From: Zygnema circumcarinatum SAG 698-1b
Taxonomy: Eukaryota > Plantae > Zygnematophyceae
Length of the DNA stretch: 64,000 nt
Direction: 5' to 3'
NCBI GenBank assembly: GCA_037447605.1
Contig: CM074814.1
Location: 248,001-312,000 of the forward strand
Shown here: positions 1-9,603 of the stretch, one piece after another
Layout of the letters: each line of letters opens with the position of its first letter
How positions within the stretch are numbered: the first letter of the stretch is position 1
Notes under the pieces: model-generated
Told to the model about the DNA's origin: nothing
The model's database searches: none
What the model saw: only the letters and a program-made list of their open reading frames with translations
Made by a program: the position numbers and the translations under genes

Positions 1-59
1 GTGCAGGGTTTGATGGGACCATCGGAAGGGGAAGAATTAGGGTTAGTGAAGGGGAAGCC

Positions 60-979
60 ATGGCAGATGCTGTGGCAAGAGGAACGGTAGATTCATCGAA
101 GTGGGGCGCTGCGTCTGGAGGACGCAGCAAGGATGGAAATGAGCATGAATTAGGGTTTGCAGGTACTGAAGAGACGAGGGGAGTGCTAGATGGGACGATA
201 GTTGAACAAGATACAAGGATAGCGGAGAGGCTGGATGCGGTTGAGCAGCAGCAGCAGCAGGAGGAGGAGGAGAGCACTATGGCTGGAAAAGGCCTTGCTG
301 CGAAGTTAGGTCAGAGCTTCAACCCGGCGGGAATCGGCTTGTTTTTTCGGCTTATCACAGGAGAGAGGCACCTGGCACTGCCGCATGCGAGTGTTCCCGA
401 CATAAGGTGGGCTTACATTTCCTTGTTGTTAGTTGCTCCCCTCCCTCTCTCTCCCTCTCTTGCTTCGCATTGATGTGGTCTTTCGCAGTGGTTTGTGAGA
501 GGGCTTAGGGCTGACTCAGTATGATCCTAAAGGGGAGGAAGCAACGGCTTTGGAGACTCAATTGGGTGTCAAAGTAATTCGCCACAGTGAGTAATCCATT
601 AGCCCTTCAACTCAACATTGCTTTCCATGGGACCCATGAGCCATGCGAATTCGAAAATTTTCCTTCCTTTCTTAATGCGGAGAAGAGAATGTAGAGCCCT
701 GACCCAGCTTTGCATTTATTTTGATGCAGATACAAAAAAACCTGCAGGGGGAGCTGAGGAGTTAGTCGAACATTTTGGCTGCACAGCATCTCAGCTTGTG
801 ATGGTGAGCCCAACCAGAACCTGTTTCTTGATAACATAATAAATAAATAATAGATGATAATAATACTAATAATAGATGCCAGTGAAGTAAGCGTTGTCGT
901 TTTTCCCGAGCGGGATCAACGGAAAGCTGCAAAAGAGAGAGGCTTCTGCTATTTGAATGTGCCCATCTCTCCTCCTCTC

Positions 980-1019
<40 letters not shown>

Positions 1020-1439
1020 CTGATCATTGGCCTTTAAGTTCTTGTGGCAGGTGGGAGATCGTTACTTCACTGATGTTGTGTACGGAAATCGGAATGGTCT
1101 CTTCACCATTCGACCTGCTCCGATATCTGTTCAACTTGAACCCTTTGTAGTACGGCGGGTAAGTGCTTGTTCGTGGCAGGAGGTTCATCTCCTTTATTTT
1201 TTTTTTTATTCTTTCTTTCGTCAAACTCTCGTTTTCTTCTCAAATTGCAGACCGGTTATGAAGATTGTTTAGTTTGGTATGTTTGCAGCTCATTATTGAG
1301 TGGCGAGTATGCGGTGCAGGTCAGAGAATTTGAAGACCTCCTTGTTCAGAGATGGATGAAGGACAAACATTTGAAGGTGCTTCCACACCCATTGGCGAAG
1401 AATCCAATGAATTTTATCAAGGACCCAGGATGCTGGTAG
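60..1439 (+). CDS. PGPP1: Phosphatidylglycerophosphate phosphatase (HAD-IIIA, PGPP1/GEP4-like); 5' end probably upstream of the window; motif-I exon not found
   Basis: Exons 60-406 (frame open back to the window start; ends LGQSFN..HLALPHASVPDIR), 509-586 (GLTQYDPKGEEATALETQLGVKVIRH), 730-803 (KKPAGGAEELVEHFGC), 1051-1158 (VGDRYFTDVVYGNRNG) and 1320-1439 (ends FIKDPGCW*), with GT-AG boundaries. Matches recalled plant PGPP1 motifs. The block carrying VFDKDNT is absent between 407 and 508. Confidence 0.85.
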
Positions 1440-1730
1440 AGGCCACATGAAGCCTAACTTTTTTTTTTTTGGTATTTAGAACAGTTTTGAAAAGCAAGTC
1501 AGAGAACATGTGAAGGGGGCTGACTTGATTACAGTTCTGGATCGATTTTTTTTTTGTCAATTTTGCCGAACAATGAGAGAAGCAGAAGTGTTGGCTTTAG
1601 TGGAGGCGGAGGGACGAAGTTTAGAGGGACAGATTTGGGAGGAAAATAAGAAGGCTCTGCAATTCAAGAAGGGGAAGACTTTGGAGGCCCTGAGGGCAGC
1701 AAAGAGGCTGGAACTGCAGTTGAACTCTTT

Positions 1731-1992
1731 GGGTTGATCCTCCTCTTTGTGGTTGATCTTTGAGGTTGATCGTTGAGGTTGATCCTCCTTGTTAAGGTTC
1801 ATCTTTGAGATTGATCCTCCACGTTGAGGTTGATCCTCCACGTTGAGGTTGATCTTTGAGGTTGATCCTCCTCTTTGTGGTTGATCTTTGAGGTTGATCC
1901 TCCTCTTTGAGGTTGATCTTTGAGGTTGATCCTCCTCTTTGAGGTTGAGCTTTGAGGTTGATCCTCCTCTTTGAGGTTGATCTTTGAGGTTA
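1731..1992. repeat. Minisatellite of roughly alternating 13-bp (GAGGTTGATCTTT) and 19-bp (GAGGTTGATCCTCCTCTTT) units
   Basis: Units read directly from the sequence, about 300 bp 3' of the PGPP1 stop codon. Confidence 0.9.
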
Positions 1993-2588
1993 CAGGAGAG
2001 GTCTGCCTCTGTTCGAGAGGTACAAGGAGTCTGCTTGCGTTAATGTTACCTTTGCTGTGCATAGAGAGATGGCACATGTCGTGAAAGGTTTTTTTTTTCA
2101 ATATGAGGACTGGTTCTAGAGCTGTTCGTTTGGCATTTGCCGAAACTCAAATTTTGTAGAGAGGGCTTTTTTATATTTCTCTAAAGCACAGTTCGACCCT
2201 GAACCCTCTATTCATGTAATTTTCATAGATCCAAGTTTGGAATCTTGTCTTTTACATTAAAAAATAAAAATAAAATTGGCATGAAACCGTTGGCATTGGT
2301 TATTTTGTCTTGTTTTATTTGCTTTTTTGAAGTATTTGATCTGTTAGACCCTCATGCTACGTAATCGACGGCCAGGATGCGGTCACACGTGTGAACTACA
2401 AGATATCGACGGCGTATGATAAAGCGTTAATTTCATGAAAAAAATCGTACCGTTTTGAAACTGGACGGAGCGAACCATTCTATGTGACTCCGTCCGAAAC
2501 GGATGGGCATGGGAACGGTTGGTATGAAACCTTACAGTTGCCATCCCATACTCCCTCCTGCTGACACGTGGAGCTCTCCCAGACAGCC

Positions 2589-5215
2589 ATGGCTGCCGCC
2601 CCCCTGCGCGTGCTGGGCGTGGTGGGCGCTGGACAGATGGGTGCTGGAATTGCGCAGCTTGGAGGTAGACACGTGGCAGCACATGTTTGAATGACGGACA
2701 TTGCATGGGTTTGAGCATCATGGTTAGGGTTAGGGTTAGGGTTGGTTAGGGTTAGGGTTAGGGTTGGTTAGGGTTTGGGTGGGCATGGTTACACTTCAGA
2801 ATTAGGGTTGGGCTGAAGGTGTGGAATTCTGGGCCAGAACAGGGGTTCGAGAAGTGGGGCTATTAGTAGGATGAGTGCTCGTCTTTGGAATTACCTGAGG
2901 GTGAGGATTTGGGGCTAGGATTAGGGTTGGGCAGGTTGGGGCTGGGGATGAGGTTAGCTTTAGGGTTAGAGTGAGGGTTAGGGTTAGGGATAGGGTTAGG
3001 GTTAGGGTTAGGGTTAGGGTTAGGGTTAGGGTTAGGCTAAGGGTTAGGGCTAGGGTTGAGACGGGTTAAAGTTAGAGTTAGGACTGCAATTAGGATTCCT
3101 TTAGCATTTATATTCAGGGTTAAGCTTTCTACATTACGCCAAACGTTAGTACTCCCGATGCTTGAATGTTTCATATTATAAACGTGAAAAGACCCAGTGT
3201 CTCTGTTTTAAGAAATCATTCTGATGCCTTATGTTGACTTCACAGCGATGGCCAATCTCGAGGTGATCCTTAGCGATGTCAGCGCCCAAGCTCTCGAACG
3301 TGCAACGGATAAAATCTCTTCTTCTCTTGCTCGCCTCGTCCGCAAAGGCGCAATATCGCAGGCACGTGGCTCCTCCATGAACAGTTTACCGTGACCTGAG
3401 CAAGTACATTTTTCAGCTACAATTTTAGTTTTAGGGAGGATAATGGATTCTCATCTTACACAATCTGTCTGTGGAGAGTCCTTTGGAAGAACAGGAAAAT
3501 GCAGACGGAGCTGTGAAACGTGTGAGAGTTACGACGGAACTCGCCGACATGGCCCCCGCGGACATGGTGATCGAGGCCATAGCAGAAAACGAGAAGCTGA
3601 AGAAATCGGTATTAGCTTCCCTTGACAAGATGGTGGGGCCCGCCACAATCCTCGCCTCCAATACGAGCTCCATCTCCATCACTCGCTTGGCATCAGCGAC
3701 TGCCCGGCCGGGCCAGGTGGGCCACCGGCTGTACCGGAATGCAGGTGGGCGGCTGAGTTCATTCACAGGAAATATTAGGGCTAGGGTTGGTCAGGCTAGG
3801 GTTAGGTTAGGGTTAGGGTTAGGGTTAGGGTTAGGGTTAAGGTTAGGGTGGAGGTAGGGTTAGGGTTAGGGTTAGGGTTAGGGTTAGGGTTAGGGTTAGG
3901 GTTAGGGTTAGGGTTAGGGTTAGGGTTAGGGTTAGGGTTAGGGTTAGGGTTAGGGTTAGGGTTAGAGGTAGGGGTAGGGGTAGGGTCAGGGTTAGGGTTA
4001 AGGTTAGGGTTGAGGTAGGGTTAGGGTTAGGGTTAGGGTTAGGGTTAGGGTTAGGGTTAGGGTTAGGGTTAGGGTTAGGGTTAGGGTTAGGGTTAGGGTT
4101 AGGGTTAGGGTTAGAGGTAGGGGTAGGGGTAGGGTCAGGGTTAGGGTTAAGGTTAAGGTTAAAATTAAGGTTAGGGTTAGGGTTAGGGATAGGGTTAGGG
4201 TCAGGGTTAGAGTTATGTGTGGGAGCTAGGATTGGGATTAGGGATAGGGTGCAACTTGCTGCTTGAGACAATGCAGGATGTTTTTCAACGGATAAAGTCA
4301 ATGTCAAGGTAAATTCAGTTAAGAGGACAGGACGGGATTCAAGAACCATATGGAACTGTATGATGACTTGGAGTAGTGCATGCATGCAGGTCATTGGGAT
4401 GCATTTTATGAACCCTCCACCCGTCATGCAGCTAGTGGAGGTTGTGAGAGGAATGGCCACTGCAGATGAAGTATATGAGACCACCCGAGCCCTCGCAGAG
4501 ATGTGAGTACAAAGCCAATATGCATACTGATAGGAGCGGGGAGAGTAGAGTCAGGAGGTGGGAGACGCAGAGAGAGGAAGAGGAATGAAGCTGCTTGAAT
4601 ATGCATTGGATCCCGATAAGACCAAATTGAGAAGAAGGTCGTCTTTCGATGCAATTGAAGGGGCTTACTTTTTTTCGTAAATGTACGCGGATTTTGGGCT
4701 TGGGATTTCCCAGGATGGGCAAGACGGTGTGCTGCTCGAAGGATTTTCCGGGATTCATCGTCAACCGCATTTTAATGCCGATGATTAACGAGGCCTTCTT
4801 TGCATTGAACGAAGGAGTTGCCTCCGCAGAAGACATCGATTCCGGGATGCGCTTAGGGACAAATCAGGTATGTTGAGATTTACATCTTCTTTTTCTGTTT
4901 CCTTTCTCTAACTTCTGTGAACAATGAAGGAAAAATAGCATTCCTACATTCTGTACTTCTGAAAGCCTCTCACATGTGACAGGGCTCAGTTCAACTGCCT
5001 GTTGAACTGAAACGGTGCTCTCTGTGTGGCTGCAGCCCATGGGTCCCCTCGCTTTGGCGGATTTCATCGGTCTGGACACGTGTCTTGCCATCATGCGAGT
5101 CCTCCATGGAGGCTTGGGAGAGGCCAAGTACAGGCCCTGCCCTCTCCTCATACAGTATGTCGATGCCGGTTGGCTTGGTCGGAAAGTTGGTCGAGGAGTC
5201 TATAACTATGAGTAA
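2589..5215 (+). CDS. 3-hydroxybutyryl-CoA dehydrogenase (3-hydroxyacyl-CoA dehydrogenase family), 6 exons
   Basis: Exons 2589-2664 ([16 protein letters not shown], Rossmann GxGxxG), 3246-3361, 3495-3716 ([19 protein letters not shown]), 4390-4502 ([13 protein letters not shown], catalytic His), 4714-4867 ([16 protein letters not shown]) and 5036-5215 ([29 protein letters not shown]). Splice phases are all compatible if intron 2 is GC-AG. Confidence 0.95.
2723..3062 (+). repeat. Interstitial telomere-like (TTAGGG)n blocks in intron 1 of the dehydrogenase gene
   Basis: Perfect and degenerate TTAGGG runs at about 2723-2777 and 2955-3062. Confidence 0.9.
3779..4212 (+). repeat. Long interstitial (TTAGGG)n array in intron 3 of the dehydrogenase gene
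   Basis: About 430 bp of mostly perfect TTAGGG. The variant block TTAGAGGTAGGGGTAGGGGTAGGGTCAGGGTTAGGGTTAAGG occurs twice (about 3962 and 4111). Confidence 0.95.
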
Positions 5216-6204
5216 TGACTGGCTGGCGCCGAGGTTTAGGGTTTAGGGTTTAAGGTTTTGCGGCTTTTACTTCCGTTATGGGTTGTTAATGGTGCATGGA
5301 AACAGTGGTGTAACGTAGAACTGTGGCAAGTCACATAGAACCGATTTGTAGGGTTTTTTAGGGTGGTGGGAGGCATAGAATCGTCCTCTGGGTTTTGACG
5401 GACCGCTGACTTTTTTCTTGGTTGACGTCTACAACTTCGAGATTTAGGGTTGGAGCTAGGGTTAGATTTGCTTTTCAGATGTGAGTTTGGTTGGAACAGT
5501 CGTTGTGTATATACTTAGCGATTTGTTGGGAGTTAACTTTGGGAGCTTTGTTTTTAAATTACACAGAGCCTTTGGGTTTTGAAATTCAGCCAAGAGAGGC
5601 CCAATTGCGGATGCATGGCTTTGGTTGTTTCAAAACGATGCCATATTTTGCCGTACGAAAACAACAAGAGCGAAAATATCGCACTGTTCTTGAAGTGTTT
5701 ACAAAAAAAACTGAAAACCGGACGCCACAACAACATTAGACGCATGAAACATGCATAGTTCACGCAACTTTGCATCCCCTGTATGCTTGTGAATGACTCT
5801 CACACTCGCTCAGAGGTCCCTTGTTCAATATGAATCTACTATGTACGAAGAAGAAGAAGAGGCCTGTGTTCCTCGAGGGCACCCTATAACGAATGATCCC
5901 ATCACCAGAGAGGGAGGGAGTGGGAAGCTGCGGAGAGAGCGGAGGGAGTGAGTAAAGGTGGTGAACAGGAAGGAGAGAAGGAGGAGAAAGGGAGGGAGAG
6001 GGAGCGACAGTAGTGGGGAGGGCGTAAGAGGATGTACAGATGGCGGGAAGTGGTAGAGATAAATGGTTCACTGATAGACGGGCGAAGGGAATGGGAGGGG
6101 GGGGGAGGGAGGGAGCCTCGCCAGCCCAAGTGCTTAAACTGACAAACCTGGATTGTGCATTAACCCCAATAGTGGGCCCACAAAACGAGTAACTTTAAAC
6201 AAGG

Positions 6205-7798
6205 CTAAGACCCCTTGATGTTGCCGCTAGGGTTCAGGGACGGCGCTCTGTCCGGCTGCCTCGTGAACTGCTTAGCGAGCAGCATTCGTCTGATTTGAGC
6301 GATCGACTTTCCGGGGTTTAGATGCTTTGGACACGTCCTCGCGCAGTTCATGATGGTGTGGCATCGCCCAAGTTTGTATTCACCCGAGACGGCATCAAGC
6401 CGCTCGTTTGTATACTCGTCTCGACTGCAATCAAAACAAGCAAGTTCAAATGATTTTAGTCTGGAGAGAGACATCCAAATCTGACTTTCGTCCCTTCCTT
6501 TCGAATTGCCTTCATATAGAAAGAAAATCAAAACAAGTATTATTGTTGCAAGGGCTAAGCCAATTCTAAACGTACGTTTTAGGTTTTAAAGGGTTTTTAG
6601 GGGTTTTTGGGTTTCCTACTGTTACTGTCAAGAGAATACGAACAACAATACAAAAAGTAAAAAGAACAAACAAGTATAGCCGGGCCATGCATATCCATGC
6701 AAACCCTAAAATCGGAGGATACACACACACCTGTCCACGATCCAACGGCTCGCATGGAGAAGCGCTGCCGGGCCCAAAAACTTTTCCGGATTCCACCAAT
6801 AGGAGGGGCAGGCCGAGCTGCAGCACGCGCAGAGAATGCACTCATAGCGACCGTCAAGCTTTGCACGTTCCTTTGGGAGCTGCCGATACTCCCGACCGTC
6901 AGCCGGCTTTGAATTAGTCTTCAACCAGGGCTCAATAGACCTGCATACAGAAACAAGGGCAGCAAGTAACTCAGGAGAATCTTAAATCGAGAGTAAAATA
7001 ATGGGGAAAGACGAGTAGGGGAGAGGTAAGTGAGGTAGAAGTCGTACGGTTTGATAGAAGAGTCTGCTTCTAAGGAAATCAGGGACATAATAAGCGGCCG
7101 CTCACCTGTATTGCTGATAGAAATTGGTGAGGTCTACCACGAGGTCTTTGATCACGAACATGTGCGGCAGGGGGGTGATCTTTGTTTTCCGCAGTGGATC
7201 CGGATCCACCGGTGTTAAACACGCCAGCGTATTCTGCCCGTCGATGTTCATACTGCAGGATCCACAGATGCCCTCTCTGCAAGATCGGCGGTATGTGAGC
7301 GTGCTGTCCATCTCATTCTTGATCTTTCCCAAAACATCGAGCACCTGCAACAGAAAAAAAAATGGATTCTAGGCTGAGGGATTAGGCGCTGCTCATTTCA
7401 TTCATCCGGAAAAACAACAAGTAAACGGCACATTAAAGGATAGCGGAAAATCACGAAGAGCAACTGAAGCTTTTAACTCTGACGCTTGTCGTGAATGCAA
7501 AAAGAAGTTTTCCGTAGGCATGTCTTTCCCCTCCAAAGTAGACTATGCGGAAAGCAGACACTGCAGACGGCAGGATAGATGTAGTAAGAAAATCATCAGC
7601 TAACCAAGGCGGACGAGAGAGAGAGAGAGGATTGAGCGAGCGAGAGGGGAAGGGAGAGGGAGAGGGAGAGCGAGAGGGAGAGGGAGAGGGAGAGGGTGAG
7701 ATGGAGGGGGGAGAAAGGGAGAGAGAGTGACGAGAGGGAGAGAGAGGAAAGGGAGAGCGAGGGGGAGGGGGGAGAGAGAGAGAGCAAGAGAGAGAGAG

Positions 7799-7838
<40 letters not shown>

Positions 7839-8234
7839 AGAGAAAAAGAGAGAAAAAAAGAGGGAGATGGAGAGTGAGAGAATGTTGCTGTAGCTCACCA
7901 TAGGTCCGCACTTGCTGATGTCGACATCGTACTTCTCAAGAGCTGGCTTTCCTCCTCGATCAGGATCCCACCGATATATCTCAAAGCTCTTCATCACTGG
8001 AGGAGAACCACTTTCTCCCTCCGCCGCGTTTTCTCCGAGGGAGGAGCTCCGCTTAGCGGCTGATTCAGGAGCGCTGTTGACGGCTCCGTCACGGCCCTGC
8101 GGATACGGAGGCTGGAACACGGAGAGGGACCTCGCAAAGTGGGAGGGTAGAGAGGAGGAATAGGAGGAGCTTCTGGAAGTGACGGTGGCTGCTGCTCTGG
8201 AGAGGAACGGGGAGGACATAGAGAGAGGCGCCAT
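6205..8234 (-). CDS. SDH2: Succinate dehydrogenase iron-sulfur subunit with mitochondrial presequence, 4 exons
   Basis: Exons 8234-7899 (Ser/Arg-rich presequence, then [13 protein letters not shown]), 7344-7106 ([13 protein letters not shown], 2Fe-2S), 6940-6731 ([16 protein letters not shown], 4Fe-4S) and 6424-6205 ([12 protein letters not shown], 3Fe-4S). GT-AG boundaries, phases consistent. Confidence 0.97.
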
Positions 8235-8370
8235 GACGTGGGGAGAAAAGAGGTGAAGAGAAATCAGGGGGGAGTGGGAGAGAGAGAAGGGGAGGGGGAG
8301 AGAGGAAGCGGGAGAAGCGTTTGCCCTACTACCTCTGCTGCTTCTGTAAGCGAGAGGGAAGGGAGGTGGC

Positions 8371-8976
8371 TGACGTGGACAAAATGGCCTCGCTTTTGTA
8401 CACATGGCAGTGCTTTTGGTACACATGGCGCGCAGAATGACGCCAGCTCAGCTCTCAGGGTACTTGAACAAGGCGCGATAGAGCCACGTACCATCTACGT
8501 GGACGAATCAGATGCTGCCAGTGTTTGTCACGTGGACTCGTGCAAGCCGGCAGGCCCGCCTGCAACGACCGGCGATTCTGGTCGGCTGTGTCTTGGGCGG
8601 GATCGTTTGTCGTTTCCCCAGATGCCGACCAAAGACAGCGTCCACTGGCAGACACGTGACGACGGCCACGATGACTCATATTGGCTCTAGCATGGTGCGT
8701 CTCAGCCAAACATGCAACGTGGCAATTTACGAGTCGGCCACGATAGAGCGATCATGCAGCTGCTAAGTGCTGACGTGGTTGTGTTCCATGCGACTCAACT
8801 CAGTAAAAAGCGAGTGCTTCTGGTGTCGTAAACAGTACAATAACTGTGTTTTGTGTGTTGAATTGGATACCAGTTCCAGTTGTATTTCATGCATAGAGCC
8901 GCAAGTCGTCGTCTACTTGTAGAAGCCTAATCTTGCGAAGCATATTCGAGCATCATCCAATCATGACTCGCCACGT
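8371..8976. promoter_or_regulatory. Cluster of ABRE/G-box (ACGTG) and RY (CATGCA) motifs upstream of SDH2, in the divergent SDH2/SAC intergenic region
   Basis: ACGTGG 8373, CACGTGG 8529, CACGTG 8653, CATGCA 8711 abutting ACGTGGC 8717, CATGCA 8753, ACGTGG 8773, CATGCA 8888, CCACGT 8971. Function is inferred from motif identity only. Confidence 0.4.
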
Positions 8977-9070
8977 ACACGTTTTGGACAGGTCATGAAT
9001 TGGAAGATGGTGGATTTCTGTTGAACAATGGAGGTAGCAACTTGCAATGTACTACAACTATCACAGACCG

Positions 9071-9392
9071 GACCATTGGATCAATTATTGGACAAACCAT
9101 TGGATCAACCATTAAACTCACGATTGGATCCAATGATTGCCAACCACTAGAAGTGGTTCTCACCATTAGTAATTTTCTGCCCTTGCTTGGTATTGTTTCC
9201 AAATCAGCCTAATGCTTGGGAATCATTGTTCGCTTCCAATATTTTGCAGCCAATGTTTGGAACCTCGACGCCGTATCCACTAAGCAACCATTGCCAACGG
9301 TTCCATTGGTTGGCGTCCTAGCCAACGGTTGCAAACTACGGTGCCTCGCCTATCCTGCCAAGGCACTCAAGGCAACGGTTGGAACGGTCCGA
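9071..9392. promoter_or_regulatory. Repeated ATTGG/CCAAT and (C)AACGGT motifs upstream of the SAC gene
   Basis: Several ACCATTGG-type repeats at 9071-9135 and four AACGGT motifs at about 9295-9390; putative NF-Y and MYB/MSA-like sites. Confidence 0.25.
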
Positions 9393-9603
9393 TCTGTCAC
9401 GTCACGGGTCGAGCGAGGTATGCCAGCGTGGCATCCCGGTTCGAGTCTACATGGCAGCCACATGGCAGACACGTGACAGCCACGTGGCCCCATTTTTTTG
9501 GAGTTCTCCCACCCTCCCCTGCACTTGTGCTGCCCCTTCCATACTCTCTCTCTCCCTCTTCCCTCTTCCCTCTCTCCCTCTCTCCCTCTCTCCCTCTCCC
9601 TTC

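Noticed and set aside
2463-2507. MITE or Helitron end (GGACGGAG/CTCCGTCC inverted repeat and adjacent hairpin)
   Set aside because: Only 7-8 bp stems, with no TSD, partner terminus or CTAG end; compatible with chance or promoter motifs.
3779-4212. Chromosome end or subtelomere
   Set aside because: The array is flanked on both sides by in-phase exons of one intact gene.
2589-8234. Functional mitochondrial gene cluster (dehydrogenase plus SDH2)
   Set aside because: Two convergent housekeeping genes without shared regulatory evidence; adjacency is adequately explained by chance.
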